42,302 bases of DNA from Alphaproteobacteria bacterium. Lineage in GTDB: Bacteria; Pseudomonadota; Alphaproteobacteria; SMXP01. Each line of letters begins with the position of its first letter. The first letter of the stretch is position 1. A program made the position numbers and the translations under genes. Positions 1 to 8,463 of the stretch are shown piece after piece. Under the pieces are notes generated by a model. It searched no databases. It saw only the letters and a list, made by a program, of their open reading frames with translations, and was not told where the DNA came from. The stretch spans positions 1 to 42,302 of the forward strand of contig JANQLI010000062.1 in the NCBI GenBank assembly GCA_028280675.1, read 5' to 3'.

Positions 1-378
1 GATGATGCATACGATACGCTTTATGCGTTACCAGCAAAGTTGGAAGACGCCGGTGTGACATTTGCGATTGCCAGCGGCACGCGTACTGGCGGATCGGGCA
101 ATGCGCGCTATGCTCCCCTCTTCGCCGGGATTGCCGGAGGGTTTGGTCTGGATAAAGAGGCGGCTTATCGCTCTGTCACACTGTATCCTGCGCAAATTCT
201 TGGGGTCGATGATATGCTTGGCTCAATCACAGTGGGGAAAAGCGCAAGCTTCGTTCTCACCGATGGTGATCTGCTTGAACCCTCAACAATCATTGAACAA
301 GTCTGGATCGATGGCATGATGCCGGATATGGACGACATCCAAAAAGCAGCAGACCGAAAATGGCGTGCACGCCCCTAA
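1..378 (+). CDS. amidohydrolase-family protein, C-terminal part (5' end lies outside the window)
   Basis: Frame 1 is open from nt 1 (DDAYDTLYALPAKLEDAGV...) to TAA at 376-378. The tail '...VTLYPAQILGVDDMLGSITVGKSASFVLTDGDLLEP...VWIDG' fits the usual C-terminus of metal-dependent amidohydrolases, as recalled. Confidence 0.6.
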   Translation, partial: DDAYDTLYALPAKLEDAGVTFAIASGTRTGGSGNARYAPLFAGIAGGFGLDKEAAYRSVTLYPAQILGVDDMLGSITVGKSASFVLTDGDLLEPSTIIEQVWIDGMMPDMDDIQKAADRKWRARP

Positions 379-389
379 AAGGTCGAGAC

Positions 390-1178
390 CTAATTATCAA
401 TGTTCAATGTCGCGAATTGATCGCGCCAGATATGCGGCTCGGACGCAAAAACATTTAACACCTCAAGCGTCTTGCCGTGGGCGTCTTCATTCCCCAAAGC
501 AGCTATACAAATGCGCGCGACATCGGCCCGATCAATAATACCGTTGAGCATCCAATCCCCTTGCACCATCAAAATACTTTTCTGCGCGTGATCGCTGACA
601 TCTTCGCGCAGGCCAGTAGGGCGCACAATTGTGTATGCGAGCCCACTTTGGCGGAGGTGCTCCTCGGCTTTGCCTTTCCAGATCAGCACATTGTTCAACA
701 CTTTATTGAGATAATGATCTTCATGCGTCACACCGGCTGATGAAATCAAAACGAATTGTTGCACGCCTTGCGCTTTCGCCGCATCAACCGCATTGACGAC
801 CCCTTGATAATCAATCGCTTCCGGATTCTGCCCATTGCCAATCGCAGAAATCACATAGGTTGCCCCTTCAAACGCCGCCGTTAGCGTCGCGGGATCGGTC
901 ACATCGGCGGCAACCCAATCATATTGATCGTCAACCTCTGCATTCGCTTTTTCCACATCGCGTGTCGTTCCACGCACTGTTACGCCACCCTCATGAAGTT
1001 GTTGTACGAGATGACGGCCGCTACGCCCTGATCCACCAAGGACGACCACGACATCACTCTCACTGATGTGTGCAAAGGGATCAGGCTCGGGAATGGGCGC
1101 GCGCCGTTCTTGCGCAACGGCTGCAGAAAACGACACAGCAAAAGCACTGATCAATAAAAGGAAAGAACGTCTTAACAT
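390..1178 (-). CDS. NAD(P)-binding Rossmann protein (NmrA-like / atypical SDR) with N-terminal signal peptide
   Basis: ATG at 1178 follows AAGGAG (revcomp 'aaggagtgtttctcATG'), so I prefer it to the longer ORF start at 1259. The product begins MLRRSFLLLISAFAVSFSAAVAQE and then carries the glycine-rich motif VVVLGGSGRSGRHL. Confidence 0.7.
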   Translation of the reverse strand: MLRRSFLLLISAFAVSFSAAVAQERRAPIPEPDPFAHISESDVVVVLGGSGRSGRHLVQQLHEGGVTVRGTTRDVEKANAEVDDQYDWVAADVTDPATLTAAFEGATYVISAIGNGQNPEAIDYQGVVNAVDAAKAQGVQQFVLISSAGVTHEDHYLNKVLNNVLIWKGKAEEHLRQSGLAYTIVRPTGLREDVSDHAQKSILMVQGDWMLNGIIDRADVARICIAALGNEDAHGKTLEVLNVFASEPHIWRDQFATLNIDN

Positions 1179-1209
1179 GAGAAACACTCCTTTATGATAG
1201 AACGCAAGA

Positions 1210-2664
1210 TCACGAGTCTTGCGCCGCCACAGTTTCGAGCTGCGCACGAATTTCCGCATGGCGTTTGCGGTCCAATGGGAAGTTCCACATAATCGCTACG
1301 CCAATAATCATGACCGTTAGAGGCAGACTAATCGTAATAATACGCACCATGTTCAAGACTTCCGGTGAATTTTCACCGGTCGAACTGAATCCAATGAGTC
1401 CCAAGACGGGGTAAACAACACCGATCGATGTGGCGAAGGTGATTTTATTTGCGAGATTCAAAAGTGCGAGATGAGTGCCCGCTTCCCGGTGCCCCGTTTG
1501 CAGCGTGTCATAATCCACCGTGTCGGCCGCCATAGCTGATGGCAACACCAACTTACCGCCCGCGCCGATTCCAATAAACAAAAAGACGAAGAGCGCAGCC
1601 CAAAGATTTTGCTCTTCAAGAAGGCCCAGCATAATCACCCCAACCATCATGACCCCGAGACACGAGCAATAGGCACGGTGTTTGCCAAATTTTTTGGCAA
1701 ACCATACCCACCCAGGCACTAAAACAATGGCCACCAGATGTTGCATAAAGACGAGAAAGAGATGCTCTTCAATTTTCAACGTTTTGGTGATGTAAAGCTG
1801 GATGACAGAGAGATAGATCAACCAGCCGAACTGAGCAAAAAAGTAGCCTAAGAACAGTCGACGGAACATAATGTTACGTTTCAGGACACCCATGGTTTGC
1901 GTCCAAGACGGCATGGAGGCTTGTACATTTTTCTCCTTCGGAAAAAAACGGCAGGCTGCAAAGACTGTCACGGGCAGCATAATGATGATCGTGACCGCCA
2001 TAATTTTCAGAAGAGAGGCAAGTGAATTATCGAGGGGTAATCCTTGCGGCCATAATAAGTCACGCGCAGGCTGCGCAATCGGATCGATCAAGAGAAGCGG
2101 CACACCCATACCAATGATGATCCCAAGGACCCCCGCTCCTTCACGGAAGGCGGCAATCTTACCGCGCTCATCGTAATTGGTTGAAATCTCAGCGCCCCAA
2201 GATTGATAAGGAATGTAAACAACGGTCCACACCACATAGAAAAAGAAAATCAATAGCCCGAGCCGGAACATCCCGATGCTTTCACCAGGAACGAGCAGCA
2301 TCCATGTGAGCAGCATCAAAAATGGTGTGCCAATGGCGATCCAAGGTTTGCGCCGTCCCCACTTGCTCTCTGTGCGATCTGACAAGGCGCCGACAATTGG
2401 ATCACTGAGCGCATCCCATGTGCGAGCAAGCGCAAAGACAAATCCGACGGTAAAAAGGCCGCTGGAAAGCGCCCCTGCCCCTCCGGTTTCCATGACCCCC
2501 GCATAAAAGGGCGGCAGGAACACGATGAGGGGAATCAGCAAAGCTTGCATCGGCGTTGCAACACCAGCATATGAGATCAGTTCTGTGGTGCTGAATGATT
2601 TTGAAGTGGTGGTATCCGTCACGCTGTCTGTCCCCTCTCTGTGGCGTTCCCATTCTTGAGGCAC
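1210..2664 (-). CDS. MFS-superfamily transporter, glycoside-pentoside-hexuronide (GPH)-type symporter
   Basis: Polytopic hydrophobic 484-aa ORF with the GPH-like loop signature 'GALSDRTESKWGRRKPW'. The start is uncertain: GTG at 2664 or GTG at 2622. Confidence 0.7.
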   Translation of the reverse strand: MPQEWERHREGTDSVTDTTTSKSFSTTELISYAGVATPMQALLIPLIVFLPPFYAGVMETGGAGALSSGLFTVGFVFALARTWDALSDPIVGALSDRTESKWGRRKPWIAIGTPFLMLLTWMLLVPGESIGMFRLGLLIFFFYVVWTVVYIPYQSWGAEISTNYDERGKIAAFREGAGVLGIIIGMGVPLLLIDPIAQPARDLLWPQGLPLDNSLASLLKIMAVTIIIMLPVTVFAACRFFPKEKNVQASMPSWTQTMGVLKRNIMFRRLFLGYFFAQFGWLIYLSVIQLYITKTLKIEEHLFLVFMQHLVAIVLVPGWVWFAKKFGKHRAYCSCLGVMMVGVIMLGLLEEQNLWAALFVFLFIGIGAGGKLVLPSAMAADTVDYDTLQTGHREAGTHLALLNLANKITFATSIGVVYPVLGLIGFSSTGENSPEVLNMVRIITISLPLTVMIIGVAIMWNFPLDRKRHAEIRAQLETVAAQDS

Positions 2665-2731
2665 AGATTAGCAGAGATCCAAAAAAGAACTAGGTTTTGT
2701 GTCACGAAAGACGGACATTCGACATGCGTTC

Positions 2732-3697
2732 TTAATGACCAACCGCATAATAGGCAGCAATACGATCAAGAAGAAGGCGCATCTTGATTTCATCATACCC
2801 ACGCAAATCTTCGAACGGGGTCACATCGACACGTTGCGCCGCAAGATAGGCAGGCGTGCCTTTATCGATTTCATCTTTCACCGCCTTCATCGCCTGTTCC
2901 CACAATTCACGGCGCTCCGTCATGGCGGAGGCAGGACCTGTGAGGGGGAGTTCACGAAAAGTCCCATCTCCGTTTGGTGCCATGACCAAATGCCCCCCAA
3001 GAACAGAGTCAATTCCCTCCTCTGCCATCAGAGATTCGATTTCTTTGTACACATCAATTCCTGTCGCCCAACGATAATCCACCAGCATGGGCTGAAACGG
3101 CATATACCGCCCAGACGGAGGATTCAACAAATCCACATTAAACAGCACATTTGCCGGACGCGGAATCATGACGATATTGCAATCGCCATCGCTCGGTCCG
3201 AAATAAAAGAGATCAAGCCCCTTTTCCCCAAGGCGTAATGCGTATTTCTCAGAAAACGTCGTATCCGGCAGCACAATGTCCGGATGCGGATTGGCTGTCA
3301 TATTCGTTAGACAGTTTTCTTGTGCAATAAACTCAGCACCCTCATCTTTAAAAATCTGCCCGCCCATGATGTGATCCCAATGATCATGTGAGTAAATCAC
3401 ATACTTCACCGGCTGATCGGTAAGCTTTGCAATTTCAGACCGCATGCGTTTTGTGGCATCGGTGCTAATGGGGTCCGTGACGACAACACCATTTTTTGTA
3501 ATCAGGAAAATAGAGCGATAGAGACCCCAACGATAAGAATAAAGGCCTTCGGCAATGGCATCGACAGAGGCCGGCTCAATACCAGGCGCGGAAAACTGGG
3601 CCTGCAGTGTTCTGGGGGACAAGCCTAAGAACACTGCAGCCAGAAGGCGGGGAAGGACCTTTTTCATTTTAAACATCATGAAAAGAGGCGAATGCAT
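2732..3697 (-). CDS. exported MBL-fold metallo-hydrolase
   Basis: AAGGAGG lies 8 nt upstream of the ATG at 3697. Hydrophobic signal-like N-terminus (KKVLPRLLAAVFLGLSPRTLQAQ). Intact H-x-H-x-D-H motif ('SHDHWDH'). Confidence 0.8.
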   Translation of the reverse strand: MHSPLFMMFKMKKVLPRLLAAVFLGLSPRTLQAQFSAPGIEPASVDAIAEGLYSYRWGLYRSIFLITKNGVVVTDPISTDATKRMRSEIAKLTDQPVKYVIYSHDHWDHIMGGQIFKDEGAEFIAQENCLTNMTANPHPDIVLPDTTFSEKYALRLGEKGLDLFYFGPSDGDCNIVMIPRPANVLFNVDLLNPPSGRYMPFQPMLVDYRWATGIDVYKEIESLMAEEGIDSVLGGHLVMAPNGDGTFRELPLTGPASAMTERRELWEQAMKAVKDEIDKGTPAYLAAQRVDVTPFEDLRGYDEIKMRLLLDRIAAYYAVGH

Positions 3698-3721
3698 GAT
3701 ATTCGCCTCCTTGTTTTGTGA

Positions 3722-5857
3722 TTACATACGGAAGTTCGCTTTGAGCATCACACTCCGTGGCTCAGCCGCGTAGGCCGAATCAAAAGTTCCAAAATCAAAA
3801 CCCGTGTATATATGCTCATCATCATTGAGATTGCGCACATAAACACCTACGTCGAAATTCCCACCTGGCATTTCATACCTGATGAATCCATTCACAAGAT
3901 TCAATTCCTCGACCTTAGTTCCAGGTGCATTTTGCTTTGTACCGGGCCAATGGGATTTTTGATATCGATAATCACCACCCATAACAATACTACCTTCATT
4001 GGCAAGGTTAACCGTATAATCAAAACCAATACCACCCATAGCATCAGGTGTACCTGCCACATCGTGACCAGGCGTCATACCCACAGCCAGTGCTTCATCT
4101 CTCAAGTTGCGATATTCGGAGTCCGTAATCGCAAGATTGGCAAAGATATTGAGGTTATCTGTAGGTGACGCCTGCATCTCCGCCTCAAGACCTTGAACTA
4201 TCGCATCACCAACATTGAATCGGATCGTACCCGAAGACATAGGATTCAAGGCATTTTCTTGTATGTCTTCATAATCTGCATAGAAATAGTTTGCGTTCAG
4301 ACGAATTCGATTGTCAGCGAGTTCCGTCTTGATCCCAGCTTCGTAGGATATCACCGTTGCTTCATCATAAGGCGTATTCACATCGGCAACCCTTACCGCT
4401 CGTGCTTGGTAACCACCAGCCATAAAGCCCTGGGATACAGAGAAATAGAGCAATGTATCATCATCAACCTGATAATCAATCCCGAGCTTACCTTGAACTT
4501 GATCCCATGAATCATCAAGCATTATTCCGTAATCTTCACCCCAAGGTGGGAATCCACCGGTACCACCACTGAACTCTTTCTCATCTTGAGTCCATCGCAA
4601 GCCAGCAGTGAGGCCGAGCTGATCATTCACATTATAGGTTGCTTGACCAAAAACTGCATAAGACTGGGTTTCCGTGGTGTAAATTTGACGACTGTTAATC
4701 AGACCACCAGCAAGGATATTCAGTGAATCTGTGTCATTATCCTCGTTCAAGTAAAACGCACCTAAGATCCAGTCAACATTCTCTGTTGAGCCGATAAGCT
4801 GAATCTCTTGCGTGATTTGAGTTCCCTCGACTAGCGAGTCAATATACCACCCGTTAGAACCTGAAATATCAATATAGCTGTCTTGCTCAACATCACGATA
4901 ACCGGTGATGGATTTCAAATCGAAACCATCAAATTTCCAGGTCATATTGATCGATGCAGTGAGCTGCTCGACATCTGCATGTTGTTGGTCAGTTGTTTGC
5001 GTACCATAAAAATCACCTGAGAGGGGTGCATTATTTGCAGCAGGCATGAGAACAAAATCAGCTAATGGCGTTACATAGGACGCATCCGTATCATCTTCTG
5101 TGTATGCAATATGCGCGTTGAACTCGAAATTCTCCGAGCCGTAATAATTCAAATCAGCGCGAATACCAGCATACTGACGATCACCAATATCGGACTCAAC
5201 TTTCGTCGTCCCCGAATAGCGGTCATAATAACCTTCTTGATCCGAGTAAACGACTGCGGCACCAAGGGCGAGCTTCCCTTCAACCACAGGACCGGATGCT
5301 GAAAGTTTTGCTTGGATATGTTCGCGTGTGCCATACCCAAGGCTAGCCGCCACACGGGTTTCATCCCCAGGTTTACGGGTGACGAACTTCAATGCACCGG
5401 CAATCGTGTTCCGCCCATACAGCGTTCCTTGCGGTGCGCGGAGCACCTCAATGCGCTCAATATCGAGGAGTTCGATATTCGAACCATTGGTCCGCGCTTG
5501 ATAGACATCATCAATGTAAATCCCCACAGCGCTTTCCGCCGTCGGCATGGTGCTTTCATTTTGCCCCTGACCACGCATAAAGATCGTTACGTTCGTGGCC
5601 TGACCTGATGAATTCCGTGACACCATATTTGGGACGGTAGCGCCAATATCTGTAACATTAATAATTTGCAGATTCTCAATATCGTCCGCAGAAAAAGCCG
5701 TCACGGCAATTGGCACCGTTTGAATGCTGGCGTCGCGCCGTTCCGCCGACACCACCATTTCTGTCACTGCTGCCGCAGCGGTTTGCGTGAAAGCCGGCAA
5801 CACCAACATTGATGTGCCAAGCAAGAGTGTTTTTGTGGATTTGTTGAGTAAAGTCAT
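3722..5857 (-). CDS. TonB-dependent outer-membrane receptor
   Basis: Start chosen at ATG 5857, preceded by GGGGGA. Signal peptide MTLLNKSTKTLLLGTSMLVLPAFTQTAAA. TonB-box/plug-like 'EMVVSAERR...IEVLRAPQGTLYGRNTIAGA', followed by a long beta-barrel-type sequence. Confidence 0.85.
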   Translation of the reverse strand: MTLLNKSTKTLLLGTSMLVLPAFTQTAAAAVTEMVVSAERRDASIQTVPIAVTAFSADDIENLQIINVTDIGATVPNMVSRNSSGQATNVTIFMRGQGQNESTMPTAESAVGIYIDDVYQARTNGSNIELLDIERIEVLRAPQGTLYGRNTIAGALKFVTRKPGDETRVAASLGYGTREHIQAKLSASGPVVEGKLALGAAVVYSDQEGYYDRYSGTTKVESDIGDRQYAGIRADLNYYGSENFEFNAHIAYTEDDTDASYVTPLADFVLMPAANNAPLSGDFYGTQTTDQQHADVEQLTASINMTWKFDGFDLKSITGYRDVEQDSYIDISGSNGWYIDSLVEGTQITQEIQLIGSTENVDWILGAFYLNEDNDTDSLNILAGGLINSRQIYTTETQSYAVFGQATYNVNDQLGLTAGLRWTQDEKEFSGGTGGFPPWGEDYGIMLDDSWDQVQGKLGIDYQVDDDTLLYFSVSQGFMAGGYQARAVRVADVNTPYDEATVISYEAGIKTELADNRIRLNANYFYADYEDIQENALNPMSSGTIRFNVGDAIVQGLEAEMQASPTDNLNIFANLAITDSEYRNLRDEALAVGMTPGHDVAGTPDAMGGIGFDYTVNLANEGSIVMGGDYRYQKSHWPGTKQNAPGTKVEELNLVNGFIRYEMPGGNFDVGVYVRNLNDDEHIYTGFDFGTFDSAYAAEPRSVMLKANFRM

Positions 5858-5970
5858 GCTTTCCCCCTTGTTCATCCGCAGCACATGTCTCCGTATGCGG
5901 AATTTGTTTTCACATGCCATCACACCATAGGCATGCCCCTCAGTCAATAAAAACTAATATAATTGTGGAT

Positions 5971-5989
5971 TATTAGAAAGTTTTACTTT
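5971..5989 (+). promoter_or_regulatory. candidate regulator box, copy 1 ('tattagaaagttttacttt'), in the divergent TBDR/LysR promoter region
   Basis: It matches 18 of 19 positions of the reverse complement of 9618-9636, which lies upstream of the amidase/UbiD operon. It contains a T-N11-A spacing of the kind LysR-type regulators use. Confidence 0.4.
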
Positions 5990-6051
5990 ACTTTGAACTG
6001 GCGTTAACCGCTGCGTGAGAGTCGCCCCAGCTCAAGAAGGAAAAACCAAGG

Positions 6052-7029
6052 ATGGAACTCAAACAACTCCGACAATTTTTAGCTGTTATGGAGGAAGGCA
6101 ACTTTGCCTCGGCCGCCCGCGCGACCAACCTCACCCCACAAGCCATTGGCCAGAGCATTGATAAATTACAATCGGAACTGGGCGTCAGCCTGTTTGAGCG
6201 AAAGCAGCGCAATATGGTGCCCACCGAATTCGCCTTTGCGCTTGAGAATCATGCCCGGCGCATGATGGTGCAGCACCGCGCAGCAATCGAAGAACTGGGC
6301 GCCATGGATTCCGGGTCTCGCGGCGAAGTGCGTGTCGCCTTTGGCGGGACCATGGCAGGAGAAGTTGGCACTGTCGCGATTGCCCGATTTCAAGAAAAAT
6401 TTCCGCAGATTGATGTCACCATGACAGGTGGTTTGACGGATGTCTTGATCGAACAGCTTCGCCGCGGCGACCTCGATCTTGTAGCGGGGGTGGCCACACC
6501 GGACTGGCGCATCGATAGTGAGCTTGCCCTTGAAAATCTCTTCCGTGTTCGAACGATTGTGCTGGCGCGTCAGGGGCACCCGCTTGATGGTGTGAAAGAT
6601 CTTTCACTCGAACAACTTGCCGCATATCCTTGGCTCGTCCCTGCCCGTCAACCAAGCGATACAGGTCCTCTGCCAGTCTCGGAAGTGTTTGTTGCGGCTG
6701 GCTTGGAGCCACCAAAACAAATGGTCTTTTCCAATGCGGTATCCGCGTCGATGGGCCTCCTGGTGCGTGGGGATTATTTGACTGTTAGCGTGCCTTATGC
6801 AGTGCCTCTCACCATTGTCGCGCCACCCGAAGGGGATGCCCCTTTAAAATGGCTCGATTTTGACTGGCCGACAGCCGCCAATATGGCCTGCTTGATCTAT
6901 CGTGCAGGTGTGGAGCTTGCCCGTCCGCCGCGTTTGTTGGCGGAGGAGATTCGCCAAGCCGCACATGAGCTTTATGAGAGAGACGTGACGGTCGCACACG
7001 AACGTGGCTTTGTCCATGAAGATGAATAA
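6052..7029 (+). CDS. LysR-family transcriptional regulator
   Basis: N-terminal wHTH 'MELKQLRQFLAVMEEGNFASAARATNLTPQAIGQSIDKLQSELGVSLFER' with a substrate-binding-type C-terminal domain. Divergent from the TBDR operon. Confidence 0.9.
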   Translation: MELKQLRQFLAVMEEGNFASAARATNLTPQAIGQSIDKLQSELGVSLFERKQRNMVPTEFAFALENHARRMMVQHRAAIEELGAMDSGSRGEVRVAFGGTMAGEVGTVAIARFQEKFPQIDVTMTGGLTDVLIEQLRRGDLDLVAGVATPDWRIDSELALENLFRVRTIVLARQGHPLDGVKDLSLEQLAAYPWLVPARQPSDTGPLPVSEVFVAAGLEPPKQMVFSNAVSASMGLLVRGDYLTVSVPYAVPLTIVAPPEGDAPLKWLDFDWPTAANMACLIYRAGVELARPPRLLAEEIRQAAHELYERDVTVAHERGFVHEDE

Positions 7030-7034
7030 GGGGC

Positions 7035-8426
7035 TTAAAGATAGTCCTCAAGTTCTATGTCGTCCAAACCCGGTATAATCGGGCGTTTTAGACTATCTCT
7101 GTCTTCAAGGTCCATTGTTGCATCAAAGCCGATGCGCACAGACTTGCCGTCTTTTGTGCCACGCTCTGTGTCCCAGCTTACCTGATCAGGGATGATGATG
7201 ACTTTCGATGCATCGGCGACACGTGACCAGATCGCCCATTCCACATCCTTATATGATGTGAAGTCAATATCCTCATCAACCACTACAATACGTTTGAAAA
7301 TGCTGCTCATTGGTAATCCTGCGGCCATGGCTCCAAAGATTTGTGGGATAAGTTCTTTTGGCTGGTCATTGTCGCTTTTGCGCATTTGCACATTCAATTG
7401 AAACATCGGTCCTGTTGTTGACGGCTCCATGATCATATGCGCGTTTGTGACGAGAGGAAATTGCGCTTTAATATCCTGAGAAATTTTATCGCGCAGGCCA
7501 TAGAGAGACATTGACCCAAGAGTAAAGTGCTCCCTTCCCTGTTCCCCAAAAATTGCGTGAAAGAGCGGGTCTTTTCGATGTGTGATGGCCGTGACGCGGA
7601 AATTCGGATTGGTGCCCGGTCCATATTGTCCAGCAAACTCGCCGAATTGTTGCGTGCGCTCTTCGGTGAAATCGATCACACCTTCTATGACGATTTCCGC
7701 ATGGGCTGGCACCAACAAATCATTTGTTTCACACCGCACAAGTTCAAGTGCGTCTTTGCGCAAGGCTCCAGCGACGGCATATTCTGATGTGTCCGATTCT
7801 GGCTTGCCCGCCGCCGCCATCAGCATGAGCGGATCATTGCCAATCGCGAGTGATAACGGCAAAGGCTCGCCCTTCTCTTTCGAAGCGTGCAGAATGCCGC
7901 GTAGATTGCTGGTCGGGCTGATATTGATATTCAGCGTGTGTTGGTCCACCACCAAGGCGCGGTAAACACCAACATTGAGTTCCGATGTGTCAAGATGACG
8001 GCTCACACCGATGGCGGCCGTGATAAATGCTCCAGAATCATCTTCACAAAAGGTTGGGACAGGAAGATCGTATAGGCACGCCGCATCGTCCAATTTTATC
8101 ACATCTTTTACAGGCCCCGTATTAAGCTCACGCGGTGGAATCGAATGCGCGATCGCCTCTTGCATAATCTTAGCGTGGTCTCTGCGGGTGAAATGCTTGG
8201 AATCATCTATGCCGTGCAATCTTGCATAGCGTTCAAGGCCATTCATCACCCCGGCGACAACCGGTATGTTTGACCCTTTGACATTTTCAAAAAACGCCGC
8301 TTTACCCTGCTCCTCAAGCTTCCAAATAAGAGCACCCAATTCAAATTGAGGATCGACCTCTTTGCTGAAGCGCACAAGTTGGCCATCTGCATCTAACTGC
8401 GCAACGAAATCTCGAAAATCAGGCAT
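7035..8426 (-). CDS. UbiD-family (prFMN-type) decarboxylase homologue
   Basis: N-terminus 'FRDFVAQLDADGQLVRFSKEVDPQFELGALIWKLEEQGKAAFFENVKG...IPVVAGV' and the central 'FGEFAGQYG' segment are typical of UbiD/Fdc-like enzymes, as recalled. Confidence 0.75.
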   Translation of the reverse strand: MPDFRDFVAQLDADGQLVRFSKEVDPQFELGALIWKLEEQGKAAFFENVKGSNIPVVAGVMNGLERYARLHGIDDSKHFTRRDHAKIMQEAIAHSIPPRELNTGPVKDVIKLDDAACLYDLPVPTFCEDDSGAFITAAIGVSRHLDTSELNVGVYRALVVDQHTLNINISPTSNLRGILHASKEKGEPLPLSLAIGNDPLMLMAAAGKPESDTSEYAVAGALRKDALELVRCETNDLLVPAHAEIVIEGVIDFTEERTQQFGEFAGQYGPGTNPNFRVTAITHRKDPLFHAIFGEQGREHFTLGSMSLYGLRDKISQDIKAQFPLVTNAHMIMEPSTTGPMFQLNVQMRKSDNDQPKELIPQIFGAMAAGLPMSSIFKRIVVVDEDIDFTSYKDVEWAIWSRVADASKVIIIPDQVSWDTERGTKDGKSVRIGFDATMDLEDRDSLKRPIIPGLDDIELEDYL

Positions 8427-8463
8427 AAACGACTCTCATCAATCAAGGAAAGACAGTGCCTGA

